Positions 27,553 to 40,160 of a stretch of DNA of 64,000 nt are shown in pieces. The notes below the pieces were generated by a model. That model saw only the letters and a program-made list of their open reading frames with translations. It made no database searches and was not told where the DNA came from. A program made the translations under genes and the position numbers. Each line of letters opens with the position of its first letter. Positions within the stretch are counted from its first letter, which is position 1. Source of the DNA: Macrostomum lignano (lineage: Eukaryota); the NCBI GenBank assembly GCA_002269645.1, contig NIVC01002344.1, forward strand, positions 117,950-181,949. Reading direction: 5' to 3'.

Positions 27553-27616
27553 GGAGCTCTTGAATCGGACGGAAAAATGAATGGTGACTGGGGCCGCGAC
27601 CTGCCTGTCAGGTAAG

Positions 27617-27988
27617 TGAGGGAGCTGTCAGGCTGTCAGTCACTGAATGTTCATGAGGGAGCTGTCAGGCTGTCAGTCACTGAATGTTCATGAGGGAGCT
27701 GTCAGGCTGTCAGTCACTGAATGCTCATGAGGGAGCTGTCAGGCTGTCAGTCACTGAATGCTCATGAGGGAGCTGTCAGGCTGTCAGTCACTGAATGTTC
27801 ATGAGGGAGCTGGCAGGCTATCAGTCACTGAATGTTCATGAGGGAGCTGTCAGGCTGTCAGTCACTGAATGTTCGTGAGGGAGCTGTCAGGCTGTCAGTC
27901 ACTGAATGTTTATGAGGGAGCTGTCAGGCTGTCAGTCACTGAATGTTCATGAGGGAGCTGTCAGGCTGTCAGTCACTGAATGTTCATA
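27617..27988. repeat. 37-bp minisatellite (gagggagctgtcaggctgtcagtcactgaatgttcat), 3' flank of cGLR copy 1
   Basis: About 10 units. The same family is at 45912-46060. Confidence 0.95.
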
Positions 27989-28594
27989 ACTACATGATTA
28001 AAGTACATGAAATCAATTTGCAGACTGATAGAGCTTATTCTAAGAGCAGGGGCTTGAATAATCACGGAGCATGTACACACAACATTTAAAACAATAAAAG
28101 GACATCTAAAGTATTTATCAGTATTATATGCAGTAAAATTCCTCGAACATAGATTACTGTTTCATGCAAATAACTGCTACCTGTGCATTTGGCTTGAATA
28201 TGTCATTAAACAGCATTGGCAATTGGGTATTGAAGTCCGCAGAACAAAATCGCTGAGAAAAGCCCGCGTCAAAGCAGAAACGCAGTTTGAAGGGAAAAAG
28301 CAATTCAGCATGCAGTGTGAATTGAATTGCAGCACAAATGTACAAAACTGCAGTTCATAGCAGGAGGGCTGCTCTCACTAAACTAGCTCATTTTCTAAAA
28401 GCTAAAAGACAGACAGATTTAGGACACGCAGATCCCTCATCAAGCCAGCATGCAGACGACTGAAATAGACCGTTTCTGGCCATGCATGCCAAGTCAAAAT
28501 GTAAAGACGATTCAATGTGTTTCAAGCAGAACACGCAGAACCAAAATCAGAAGGAAGAGTTTAATTAAACAAACGCAAGTTGCATGAAGTTCAA

Positions 28595-31500
28595 TTAAAA
28601 GCAAAAATAATAAAACAAAAGTCTTCTTCTCTGACCTCGACTTTGCGACTCGACTTTAAGGGCTCCAGCCACTGCATCAAGACTCTCCAGCTTCTGCCTG
28701 ACCCAGCCGATCTTCTCCTCGTCCTGCGTCTCCATGGCGACGCGTCTCTCTTTCTCGATCATCTTTATCTGCCGCAGGCTGAGCTCCACGTGCTCGCGGC
28801 AGTCGCTGTAGTGAGCCAGAGTGAGCAGCTCCTCCAAGTCCGGGTCTCCAAGCAGCTCTCGCTTCCAATCCTTTAGTTTAATTGCAGGTGCGCGATTGCG
28901 GAGCAGCTCAGCTTGGAGACTCCAGCTCAGGCAGCGGAAGTTCACGTACAGGTGGGAGGAGAGAGGCTGCGACAGTCTGGCTGTGAACAGAGTCTGCGTG
29001 AACTCGGGAAGGAATGGGAAGCGAGGCGGAGAGTCGCAGGGGAGGCAGAACCTCCACGCCCAGTCTGAGTCTTCTGGCAGTTTTCTAATGTAGCTCTCTT
29101 CTCGAATATGCTGTGGCTTCAACCCTGACTCAACCTGATATCTCTGCAGCTCCATCGCGAGTCTCTCAGCCTCCTCAGATTCTCCGAACTTCAAATGCGC
29201 CATGGCGGTCATGCACAGGGCGGCGCACTTGCACCACTGCAGCTCATGAAGGAGACTGAGCTGACTCATCAGAGTGTCTCTGTTGCTCGATTCCGACTGC
29301 AGCTCGCTCACACACTGGTGCACCACACTGTACACGTCTGCGAACTTGTAGTAAAAGTCATCGCTATTACTTCCTTCTCTGATGTCCGAGACAGAAGACG
29401 GCGCTGTCAGGGGTAGCAGGGTGAACGGGTGAAAGTAGAATTTCTCTGACCGCAGAGGTCTCACGAGTCTCCTCAGCTGCTCGACCACTCCGCCGATGTC
29501 GCTTCTCAGCTCACAAAGTCGGTCTCGAACCCTCGCCTTCGTGTTGTCGAAGTCGCCGCCGATTCCAGCGTTCTTGAAGTAGAGCGGAGCGTCGGGCATG
29601 AAGAAGTGCGGCATGCACTCATCGGGCGAGCTGCTCGAGTCGATGAAGCTCAGCATCATGTCGAGAGACTCCTTGAGCAGAGTGATCAGATTGTCGGGCT
29701 GCCAAGCGTCAGTTTCAGGATCTGTGCCATGCTTCTCCAGCATGAAGAATAGCAGAGTCTTTGCATGGTAGGTCTTGAGTCCAGGTGTGTCCAGAGTGAG
29801 CGGCAAGTGTCTCTTGAAGATGAACTTGATGAGTGTGAACAGCTGGCCCTGCACTGTGCTCAGGTCTCTCATGATGTATTTCTCTTGGAAGCTGAAGCTC
29901 ACTCTGAGCTCGTTGGTCGAGCTCGGTCTGGTCGCCCGAACGAGGTGAACACTCACATATTTATCAGGAAGCAGTTTTCTAATTCTGTTATGACAGAATC
30001 TGCTGCAGCAGTCGATCGCATGGCACGTGTCCTGTGCAGGCCGCACACCGCACGGCGTGGCTGTGACAGCAGGTTGGCTGCCTGCAGAGCGCAGTGAGCG
30101 GAGAGTCGCTTTGTGGCGAGTGAAAAAGATGGATTGGTTTGAAACTGCTTGAATGTGTTAGTTGATTTCGTTCTGCTTGTGTGTCAGTGCTAATACTGTA
30201 ATCAATGAATGAAACAATGTATTTGTTTCAATGTTGGCAGGGGCACCGCTATGGAGTTGATGATGGGCAGAAATAGAAAATTAATTTTAATATGTGTGCA
30301 TGGCATTGCATAATAATTGTTTCATAACCTATGAGAAAGGTGCGATCAAACTTAGGCTAAATTTGTGAACTCTGAAGTTCAGCCACTCGGTATCTAATAA
30401 ATAATTGAGCTTGGATTGGCATGTGGGTTCTAATGGTGAGCCCAGCTTCACTGACCTGCTCCGACTGGCACCTGTGCGTGGCCCTCCTTGACACGCAGTT
30501 GAGTGGGGTCTCTGCAGATACCCCCGAGTATTGTTTTTTTATAGCAGCCACCTTTCAGATGGAACTGCTGTCCATCAACCAGCACAGTCCAGTCAATGTC
30601 CGAGTCTGCAGCCGTCCTGCCGTTCACTTGCACCAGACTGTTGGCCCAGCCCTCTGCGTAGCTGCCCGTCATCTGCCTGCGATCGCCATCCTGTGTAAGG
30701 ACTGAAGCGACTACTTGCAGCCAGTCAGCCAGTCTCTGCTGACACTTTGCTCTCTGCTCGGTGAATCCCGCATCGCTGAGCAGTCGATGCAGCTCCCTGC
30801 TTAGACGGCGGTCCTGCTCGGAGTGGTCCCAGCGTCTGGGGAGAGGTAAGAGTGGAGTGAGTGGAAGCGGATTTGCAAAGTGGCCCAAGCTCAACCCAAA
30901 GAAGGAAAGGTGGAATGAAAGCGGTCACACTCACGGATGGAGGCGTTGAGCGGCTGCCTGCAGGTGCTGTGGGTTTCTGGAATGTGTGAAGGAAAGGGAG
31001 GTAAGTTGGTGAAGTGATTGCAAGTACTCGTAGAATGGAAACTAACTGCAACTGACTCGGTGGCATTTAGCAGCCTCAGCACCTGCCGCTGCTCAAATCT
31101 CTGTGCGAGCTGCGCACACGTGAGGCCCTGATTGTCTCGATGGCTGGCATCGGCTCCATTGTCGATGAGAGTCTTGGCTGCTCGCACGTGACCGGCTTGG
31201 CAGGCTCGTGACAGAGCAGTGCGACCGTGAGTGTCTTGAGCGCGAAGTGAGGCGCCGAGATGGATGAGTTTGAGAATGAGTTCGTGATGACCTGCATCAG
31301 CTGCGAGCATGAGAGCGGTGTCTCCGGTGTTGTCGTCTGGGAGATCGACATGCTGTGTGCTGAATCGGTGATGATTGAGCAGTGAGGTGGCAAGAGCGAC
31401 GAGTCTTTGAGACATGGAGATGCGGAGGAGCTGTGTTATTTGAGCTGGCGCCATTCGAGAAAGGGTATCAGTGAGAACAGAGTTCCTGCCTTCGATGGCC

Positions 31501-32738
31501 ATAGCAGCAGTGAAGCTGAGGATGGTGCTGTATTGGAGGAGCCATTGGGGCTCGAGGCCGACGGAGGCAACGGCATTTTCGTGAAGACGAGTGCAAGCCG
31601 CGACCGCGCACTGGAAACGGAGATTCGCTTCTAGACCGGGACTTGAAAGACGAGAGATGAGGAACTTGACGATTTCAGAGTGACCACAGATTGCAGCCTT
31701 TTCGGCAGCTTTGATGCAGGTGTCCCTGTTTGATTGCTCATTGATTTGTGGGACGAGAAACTTGACGATTTTAAAGTGACCATTGATTGCAGCAGATATG
31801 GCAGCTTTGATGCAGCAGGTGTCCCTGTTTGATTGGTCATTGATTTGTGGGACGAGAAACTTGACGATTTTAAAGTGACCATTGATTGCAGCAGATATGG
31901 CAGCTTTGATGCAGCAGGTGTCCCTGTTTGATTGGTCATTGATTTGTGGGACGAGAAACTTGACGATTTTAAAGTGACCATTGATTGCAGCAGATATGGC
32001 AGCTTTGATGCAGCAGGTGTCCCTGTTTGATTGGTCATTGATTTGTGGGACGAGAAACTTGACGATTTCAAAGTGACCATTGTCTGCAGCATTTTCGGCA
32101 GCTTTGATGCAGCAGATGTCCCTGTTTGATTGGTCATTGATTTGTGGGACGAGAAACTTGACGACTTCAAAGTGACCACGGATTGCAGCAGATTCGGCAG
32201 CTTTGATGCAGCAGGTGTCCCTGTTGGATTGGTCATTGATTTGTGGGACGAGAAACTTGACGACTTCAAAGTGACCACTGATTGCAGCATTTTCGGCAGC
32301 TCTGATGCAGCAGGTGTCCCTGTTTGATTGGTCAATTATGTGTGGGACCAGAAACTTGACGATTTCAAAGTGACCATATTCTGCAGAATTTTCGGCAGCT
32401 TTGATGCAGCAGATGTCCCTGTTTGATTGGTCAATTATGTGTGGGACCAGAAACATGACGATTTCAAAGTCACCAATTAATGCAGCAGTTTCGGCAGCTT
32501 TGATGCAGCAGGTGTCCCTGTTTGATTGGTCATTGATTTGTGAGAGGAGAAAATTAGCGATTTCAAAGTGACCATTGATTGCAGCCTTTTCGGCAGCTTT
32601 GATGCAGCAGATGTCCCTGTTTGATTGGTCATTGATCTGTGGGACGAGAAACTGGACGATTTCAAAGTGACCACGAATTGCAGCAGCAAAAATGTGTTCC
32701 GTGGTCGGTCGCTGATGTCGGCTTTGACTTTGACCCAT
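28595..32738 (-). CDS. Ankyrin-repeat cGAS-like receptor (cGLR / Mab-21 nucleotidyltransferase). 4 exons: 32738-31057, 30976-30935, 30835-30456, 30081-28595; 3591 nt = 1196 aa
   Basis: All three introns are GT-AG (80, 99, 374 nt) and phase-compatible. Begins MGQSQS, then 11 x 33-aa ankyrin units and about 4 canonical ankyrins. NTase motif TGSYAEG...DSDID, third acid in AQDTCHAIDC. Mab-21 motifs ELRVSFSFQEK, LKTYHAKTLLF, PHFFMP. Helical C-terminal domain. Confidence 0.88.
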
Positions 32739-32887
32739 TGTTCTAAAAAGCCGTATTGGATAAAAAAGGTTAAGTGGGAGAAAAAAGGAGAATGGCAGGA
32801 AGAGGAGAGGGAGCGGAAATACAGCATTGTAGCTGTAAATTTTTTAATGAATTTAGAAGAGACTATGAACCTTGCCTGCAATCTTTG

Positions 32888-33362
32888 GCTGCTGTCAGAG
32901 CGGCAGATGTCAGTCACGGTTTGTCAGAGTGGCAGATGTCAGTCACGGCTGCTGTCAGAGTGGCAGATGTCAGTCACGGCTGCTGTCAGAGTGGCAGATG
33001 TCAGTCACGGCTGCTGTCAGAGTGGCAGATGTCAGTCACGGCTGCTGTCAGAGTGGCAGATGTCAGTCACGGCTGCTGTCAGAGTGGCAGATGTCAGTCA
33101 CGGCTGCTGTCAGAGTGGCAGATGTCAGTCACGGCTGCTGTCAGAGTGGCAGATGTCAGTCACGGCTGCTGTCAGAGTGGCAGATGTCAGTCACGGCTGC
33201 TGTCAGAGTGGCAGATGTCAGTCACGGCTGCTGTCAGAGTGGCAGATGTCAGTCACGGCTGCTGTCAGAGTGGCAGATGTCAGTCACGGCTGCTGTCAGA
33301 GCGGCAGATGTGAGTCACGGCTGCTGTCAGAGTGGCAGATGTCAGTCACGGCTGCTGTCAGA
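32888..33362. repeat. 31-bp minisatellite (ggctgctgtcagagtggcagatgtcagtcac), 5' flank of the cGLR
   Basis: About 15 units. Confidence 0.95.
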
Positions 33363-34059
33363 ACGGCAGGTGTTTCAAAGGTTTGTGCAGCCGGTTGCCA
33401 GAAAGATTTCACCGCCTCATCTCTCAGCTGCCCCCCTTTTGCAGCCTCTGGCGAGGCCACCCCTTGACCACCCCGGCCTTAGCAACCGAAACTTTTCTCT
33501 CAAGCGTGAGCGCTTTTGCCTCTGTGCACCCAGCATGGCAACGGAGAGACTGCGGCTGCAGCGGCCACCCCAGCTGTACTTGATGAGGCTGAGCTGACCC
33601 ATTGTGCCTCAGTGCAGTGTGAGATCTTTAAATGCATTTAATGGCCCACTGAGCGGTGTAAAATGCTGCTCAGTACCGCAGTGCATCGGTTTGAGTAGGC
33701 GGTCAAATGTACAGAAATGCATTGTTAAATTTGGCCAGTTTTCTCTCTCACTCTGCTCACTGGCATTCTTAACTGCAGCTGCTGCAGAGCATTGGCTGGC
33801 TGGCAACAGGGCTCTGGCTCTCTCCCGACTCTCCTATGCTTTCACTGTCCCTCTAGTGCGCAGCTCAGGCAGTTGAGAGTCTGCTGGGCTGAGTTTGGCG
33901 AGTGCATTTAGCAGCAATAATTGACATTCTTTTGCTTTTCTACAGAAGCCTCTCATCACTGCCGCTCCTTCTGTTTCCTGTTTTGAACAGGTGGCAACCG
34001 GCCCCTGTGGCAGGACTTGGCTTGCAAGCGCAGGCAGAAACTTGCAGTGACGATTGCTC

Positions 34060-34669
34060 GGCAAGAGACAGGGGTGCCCGGCAAGAGACAGGGGTGCCTG
34101 GCAAGAGACAGGGGTGCCCGGCAAGAGACAGGGGTGCATGGCAAGAGACAGGGGTGCCCGGCAAGAGACAGGGGTGCCCGGCAAGAGACAGGGGTGCCCG
34201 GCAAGAGACAGGGGCGCCCGGCAAGAGACAGGGGTGCATGGCAAGAGACAGGGGTGCCCGGCAAGAGACAGGGGTGCCCGGCAAGAGACAGGGGTGCCCG
34301 GCAAGAGACAGGAGTGCCCGGCAAGAGACAGGGGTGCATGGCAAGAGACAGGGGTGCCCGGCAAGAGACAGGGGTGCCTGGCAAGAGACTGGGGTGCCCG
34401 GCAAGAGACAGGGGCGCCCGGCAAGAGACAGGGGTGCCCGGCAAGAGACAGGGGTGCCCGGCAAGAGACAGGAGTGCCCGGCAAGAGACAGGGGTGCCCG
34501 GCAATAGACAGGGGTGCCCGGCAAGAGACAGGGGCGCCCGGCAAGAGACAGGGGTGCCCGGCAAGAGACAGGGGTGCCCGGCAAGAGACAGGGGTGCCCG
34601 GCAAGAGACAGGGGTGCCCGGCAAGAGACAGGGGTGCCCGGCAAGAGACAGGAGTGCCCGGCAAGAGAC
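34060..34669. repeat. 20-bp minisatellite (ggcaagagacaggggtgccc)
   Basis: About 30 units. Confidence 0.96.
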
Positions 34670-34939
34670 TGTGCAAAATCTATATAGAGTACTTTTTTAA
34701 CGCCAGCCGTAGTCAATATCTCTTTTTCCCAAGAGCTTTATGAGAATATATTTTTGATTTGCTTGACTGTGGCTCTCGTGTTTGCCCCACAATGCGTGCT
34801 GCTTGCGTCACCTTGCAGCTGAGCTCTGCAGCCGCTCCATGTGGCTTTTGGTTTCGCAAATATAAGCCCGACATTTACTCGGATCTGACGTAACTTGTCC
34901 GTTGACTGTCTCCGTGTTGGCTTTGCTTTCTATACTGAG

Positions 34940-35445
34940 GTCCTCAGCTCCATCACCCAGCTGCCCAGATCCTCAGCTCCATCACCCAGCTGCCCAGTTG
35001 CCCAGACCCTCAGCTCCATCACCCATCTGCCCAGTTGCCCAGACCCTCAGCTCCATCACCCATCTGCCCAGATCCTCAGCTCCATCACCCACCTGCCCAG
35101 ATCCTCAGCTCCATCACTCAGCTGCCCAGCTCCTCAGCTCCATCACCCACCTGCCCAGCTCCTCAGCTCCATCACCTAGCTGCCCAGATCCTCAGCTCCA
35201 TCACCCACCTGCCCAGATCCTCAGCTCCATCACCCATCTGCCCAGATCCTCAGCTCCATCACCCAGCTGCCCAGATCCTCAGCTCCATCACCTACCTGCC
35301 GAGAACCTCAGCTCCATCACCCAGCTGCCCAGATTCTCAGCTCCATCACCCAGCTGCCCAGATCCTCAGCTCCATCACTTACCTGCTGAGAACCTCAGCT
35401 CCATCACCCTGCTGCCCAGATCCTCAGCTCCATCACCATCCTTGC
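34940..35445. repeat. 29-bp minisatellite (cctcagctccatcacccagctgcccagat)
   Basis: About 17 units. Confidence 0.93.
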
Positions 35446-35817
35446 AGATCCTCTCACCTATTTTTAAGCACACAAGTTTCCCATATGCTTGTGGAGTTTA
35501 TTGACACCAGTTCCTACGAAACTGACTGCTATAGTTTATCTGCGAAAAATCTGCAACAGGTTTCAATATTCCTTACTTTCTACTTCCTACTTCATCAGTA
35601 GTGTACATGAACTGTGAGCACAGAAATGTTCTGAAATTAGCGCGTATATTTTCGTGAAAGGAGCCAGACTTCCCCTATTATGGGATTAGACACTAGAGCA
35701 TACATTCTACTAACTGATCTATACTTAGTACTGTAGAGCTTTAGGGGTAGGATGCTGAAGGCTGCTTGTTAGTGTTAGAGGCGAGTTGCTAGAGTGTCAG
35801 AGACTGTCAGGATGCTT

Positions 35818-36400
35818 GAGCTGGCTCAGAATCTGCTGCTCAACTGCCTGCTGAGCAGAGCTGGTTAACTGGCTCAGAATCTGCTGCTCAACTGCCTGCT
35901 GAGCACAGCTGGTTAACTGGCTCAGAATCTGCTGCTCAACTGCCTGCTGAGCAGAGCTGGTTAACTGGCTCAGAATCTGCTGCTCAACTGCCTGCTGAGC
36001 ACAGCTGGTTAACTAGCTCAGAATCTGCTGCTCAACTGCCTGCTGAGCACAGCTGGTTAACTGGCTCAGAATCTGCTGCTCAACTGCCTGCTGAGCACAG
36101 CTGGTTAACTGGCTCAGAATCTGCTGCTCAACTGCCTGCTGAGCACAGCTGGTTAACTGGCTCAGAATCTGCTGCTCAACTGCCTGCTGAGCACAGCTGG
36201 TTAACTGGCTCAGAATCTGCTGCTCAACTGCCTGCTGAGCACAGCTGGTTAACTGGCTCAGAATCTGCTGCTCAACTGCCTGCTGAGCACAGCTGGTTAA
36301 CTGGCTCAGAATCTGCTGCTCAACTGCCTGCTGAGCACAGCTGGTTAACTGGCTCAGAATCTGCTGCTCAACTGCCTGCTGAGCAGAGCTGGTTAACTGA
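35818..36400. repeat. 48-bp minisatellite (ctggctcagaatctgctgctcaactgcctgctgagcacagctggttaa)
   Basis: About 12 units. Confidence 0.95.
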
Positions 36401-36487
36401 ATCGCCTGAACTTTCACTGGAAAACGCTCACAAAAATCGCCCCAAATCGCCCCAAAATCGCCCCAAATCGCCCCAAAATCACCCCAG

Positions 36488-37170
36488 GTCGAGACGAAGC
36501 GCGCGATGCCCCGCGAAGAAGCCAACAACGCGGAGGCGCACATCACCACCAAGAAGCTGTTTGTCGGCGCCCTTCGAAGGACGTCACCGACCAGCTACTG
36601 CAGGACTATTTCTCAGCCTACGGCACCATTGTTGACGCGTACATCGTCAAAGACAACGCCACGGGAGATAGTCGCGGCTTCGGCTTCGTCTTGTTCGATG
36701 ACTATGACCCCGTGGACAAAGCGATGCTGTACAAGCCTCACCTGCTGCGCGCTGGAGGCTCAGTCAGCATCACGGACGTGAAGAAAGGCCTCACCAAGGA
36801 GGAGCTGGCCAGCGCGCACCTTCTCGAGCAGCAGCAGTCGCACGGCATGCAGGCCAACATGGGCGGCCCTCCCGGCGCTATGATGATGTCAGGCGGTGGC
36901 ATGGGGCCCTGGGGTCCCATGATGGGAGCCATGATGGGCGGTGGCAGCGGACCGAAGCTGCAGCAGCAGCAGCAGCAGCAGCAGTACGAAAGCAGCCGCA
37001 GGCCGCGTCTTCAAAGCCCTCCAAGAGTCCCGCTGGGGCTGGCGGCGGCGGCGGCCCAGGACCCAACGGCATGGGCGGCCCTGGCGGCTCGATGGGACCC
37101 TACGGACCCATGGGCATGATGGGACCCGGTCCTATGGGTCCTATGGGCATGATGGGACCCTGTCCCATGG
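36488..37170 (+). pseudogene. hnRNP A1/A2-like exon (end of RRM1, RRM2, Gly/Met-rich tail) with 1-nt frameshifts
   Basis: After acceptor cccAG: VETKRAMPREE...TTKKLFVGAL (RNP2). A 1-nt slip near 36577 leads to DVTDQLLQDYFSAYGTIVDAYIVKDNATGDSRGFGFVLFDDYDPVDKA (RNP1). Could be an assembly indel rather than a true pseudogene. Confidence 0.8.
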
Positions 37171-38704
37171 GTCCTATGGTTGAATTCTCTGACGCTTGGC
37201 TGCAATATCGGCTGGAACTGGAGCTGGCGGTCGCTTTCTGGCTAGGCGACGTCCTGAACCTGTGTGGACAGCTACATCAGCGGAAGCGTCGCCAGCAGCG
37301 GCATCGGCAGCGGAGGCGGAGACAACGGCGATCAATGTCGCTATCGCTGTTGCCGTACAGCTGGTTTACTCTGCCGTTGAGATCCTCCGAGTTAAACGAT
37401 AGAGCAAGCAGCGGATTACTTGTAGGGTCGGCAACGGCAAGTAGGACGGCGCCAGACACAGCGGCGCTAGGCACAGCGGCGCCAGACACAGCGGCGCCAG
37501 ACCCAGTGGCGCCAGACACGGCAGCGCCAGCGGCAAGCAGGACGGCATGTCGATGTCGCTGCTTTTTTGCCATCGGCACCGCGGAGGAGCCCTGGACGCA
37601 GTCGCTGATGGGCCCGCAACCGACATGTCAGCAGACGGCGGATTTCCCGTCCTATGCAGAATGCTGTCCAGGTCGTAATCTGATGGAGGAACGATAGAAA
37701 GTAGCAAGTTTTTTAAGCGAATTCATTTAACAGGCTGCCTTGAATTGGAGCTCTGGCGCTCAGGATGTCCTCTTGCAGCGCTGCCGCACTCGACACCAAC
37801 TTCTTCGTTAGGTCACGGCTCTTCTTCCGCATCTCCTTGGTCTGGCCCTGTTTGCATTCTCAGAGGGGATTGCAGCCTTGATTGGGTCAGATCAGTAAAA
37901 GAATGAAATATAATACGATATGATAACTCGTATTGGTATAAACTACATTCGTACATTGGTGCAAGGGCTCAAATGCACAGCTTTAATGACTGAACCTTTG
38001 TTATATGCAGCTATTCAGTGTATTGAATTTAGTTTTTATTCAGAACTTTTTATTAACTCACAAAAGGTACAAATGCTTTCTAAATAATAAAATAAGTTTA
38101 GATTAGTTGCTAAGGCATACCATTTTACGCTTAAAATGTGATTTTGTCGTTTCAGGCATCTTCTGTGACAATAATTTAGCAAATTTAGCGATTTTACCGG
38201 GTAAAATTGGCGCTGCACACCTTCGGTGTGATTCTGGTGATCAGCCATGAGCCGCTGCTCCTCCGCAGAGCAGTTCGACAGGCCCATGACTTCCAACCAT
38301 TGCCGAAACTTTGAAACGGTGACGTTCTTGAGCAGCGCAGAATACCTTTCTCGATACTGATAGAACAGTCTGTCAAAGGACGCGTAGGGAAACACGAGTT
38401 CCAGGTCATCGTCCTTTGGACGCTCAGCGAAGCGCTGGGCCAGCAGCTGCATGAGCAGGTCGGCGCAAGGCGCGACGCTGACCCAGGCCGACCCATGCTT
38501 TGCGTTCGACTTGTGACTTTGCACTTTTAGCGGCTCGTTAGGTGCTTTGAGCCAGCGCCGGGGGTCAGAGATCGGCAAGTCGAGGCCACGCCTTGCCGGT
38601 TGGCATTTCCATCGCCAAAACAGATAACCATGCCAACGGCAAGGTATGCCACCGTTCTGTGCGGATGGAATTAGAGGTATTTATTTATTTAGAGGTAATT
38701 TTGA

Positions 38705-40160
38705 ATCCCAGTGCCATATTTATCCCAGTGCCATATTTATCCCAGTGCCATATTTATCCCAGTGCCATATTTTGAATGCCAGTGCCATATTTATCCCAGT
38801 GCCATATTTATCCCAGTGCCATATTTATCCCAGTGCCATATTTATCCCAGTGCCATATTTATCCCAGTGCCATATTTATCCCAGTGCCATATTTATCCCA
38901 GGGCCATATTTATCCCAGTGCCATATTTATCCCAGTGCCATATTTATCCCAGTGCCATATTTATCCCAGTGCCATATTTATCCCAGGGCCATATTTATCC
39001 CAGTGCCATATTTATCCCAGGGCCATATTTATCCCAGTGCCACCCGCATAGCAAAATTACGTATCCAATAGAAAGTGGGACGTCTCCGATACGTAAATTT
39101 TTTGGTTGCAGGAACGTCCTTGATACGTATCCAATTTTTATGATTCTCTAAAGAAGCTCGTTTCTACAAAAATGGTGAACAGATAATGCTTGTAATTTTA
39201 TTGATTATTTATTCCACCATTTTTGTAGAAACGAGCTTCTTTAGAGAATCATAAAAATTGGATACGTATCAAGGACGTTCCTGCAACCAAAAAAGTTACG
39301 TATCGGAGACGTCCCACTTTCTATTGGATACGTAATTTTGCTATGCGGGCCATATTTTGAATGCCAGTGCCATATTTATCCCAGTGCCATATTTATCCCA
39401 GGGCCATATTTATCCCAGTGCCATATTTATCCCAGTGCCATATTTATCCCAGTGCCATATTTATCCCAGGGCCATATTTATCCCAGTGCCATATTTATCC
39501 CAGGGCCATATTTATCCCAGTGCCATATTTATCCCAGGGCCATATTTATCCCAGGGCCATATTTATCCCAGGGCCATATTTATCCCAGGGCCATATTTAT
39601 CCCAGTGCCATATTTTGAATGCCAGTGCCATATTTATCCCAGTGCCATATTTATCCCAGTGCCATATTTTGAATGCCAGTGCCATATTTATCCCAGTGCC
39701 ATATTTATCCCAGGGCCATATTTATCCCAGTGCCATATTTATCCCAGTGCCATATTTATCCCAGGGCCATATTTATCCCAGTGCCATATTTATCCCAGTG
39801 CCATATTTATCCCAGGGCCATATTTATCCCAGTTCCATATTTATCCCAGTGCCATATTTACCCCAGTGCCATTTTGAATGCCAGTGCCATTTTGAATGCC
39901 AGTGCCATATTGAATGCCAGTGCCATTTTGAATGCCAGTGCCATTTTGAATCCCAGTGCCATTTTGAATCCCAGTGCCATATTTATCCCAGTGCCATTTT
40001 GAATCCCAGTGCCATTTTGAATCCCATTGCCATATTGAATGCCAGTGCCATTTTGAATGCCAGTGCCATTTTGAATGCCAGTGCCATATTGAATGCCAGT
40101 GCCATTTTGAATGCCAGTGCCATTTTGAATGCCAGTGCCATTTTGAATGCCAGTGCCATA
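38705..40160. repeat. 17-bp minisatellite (cccagtgccatatttat / ttgaatgccagtgccat) inside the recombinase intron
   Basis: Two related unit variants, directly visible. Confidence 0.95.
39043..39349. mobile_element. 307-bp foldback MITE with ~135-bp TIRs and CCA target-site duplication
   Basis: Arms cccgcatagcaaaattacgtatcc... and ...ggatacgtaattttgctatgcggg, nearly perfect, with a ~38-nt spacer. Flanked by cca at 39040-42 and 39350-52. Confidence 0.88.
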
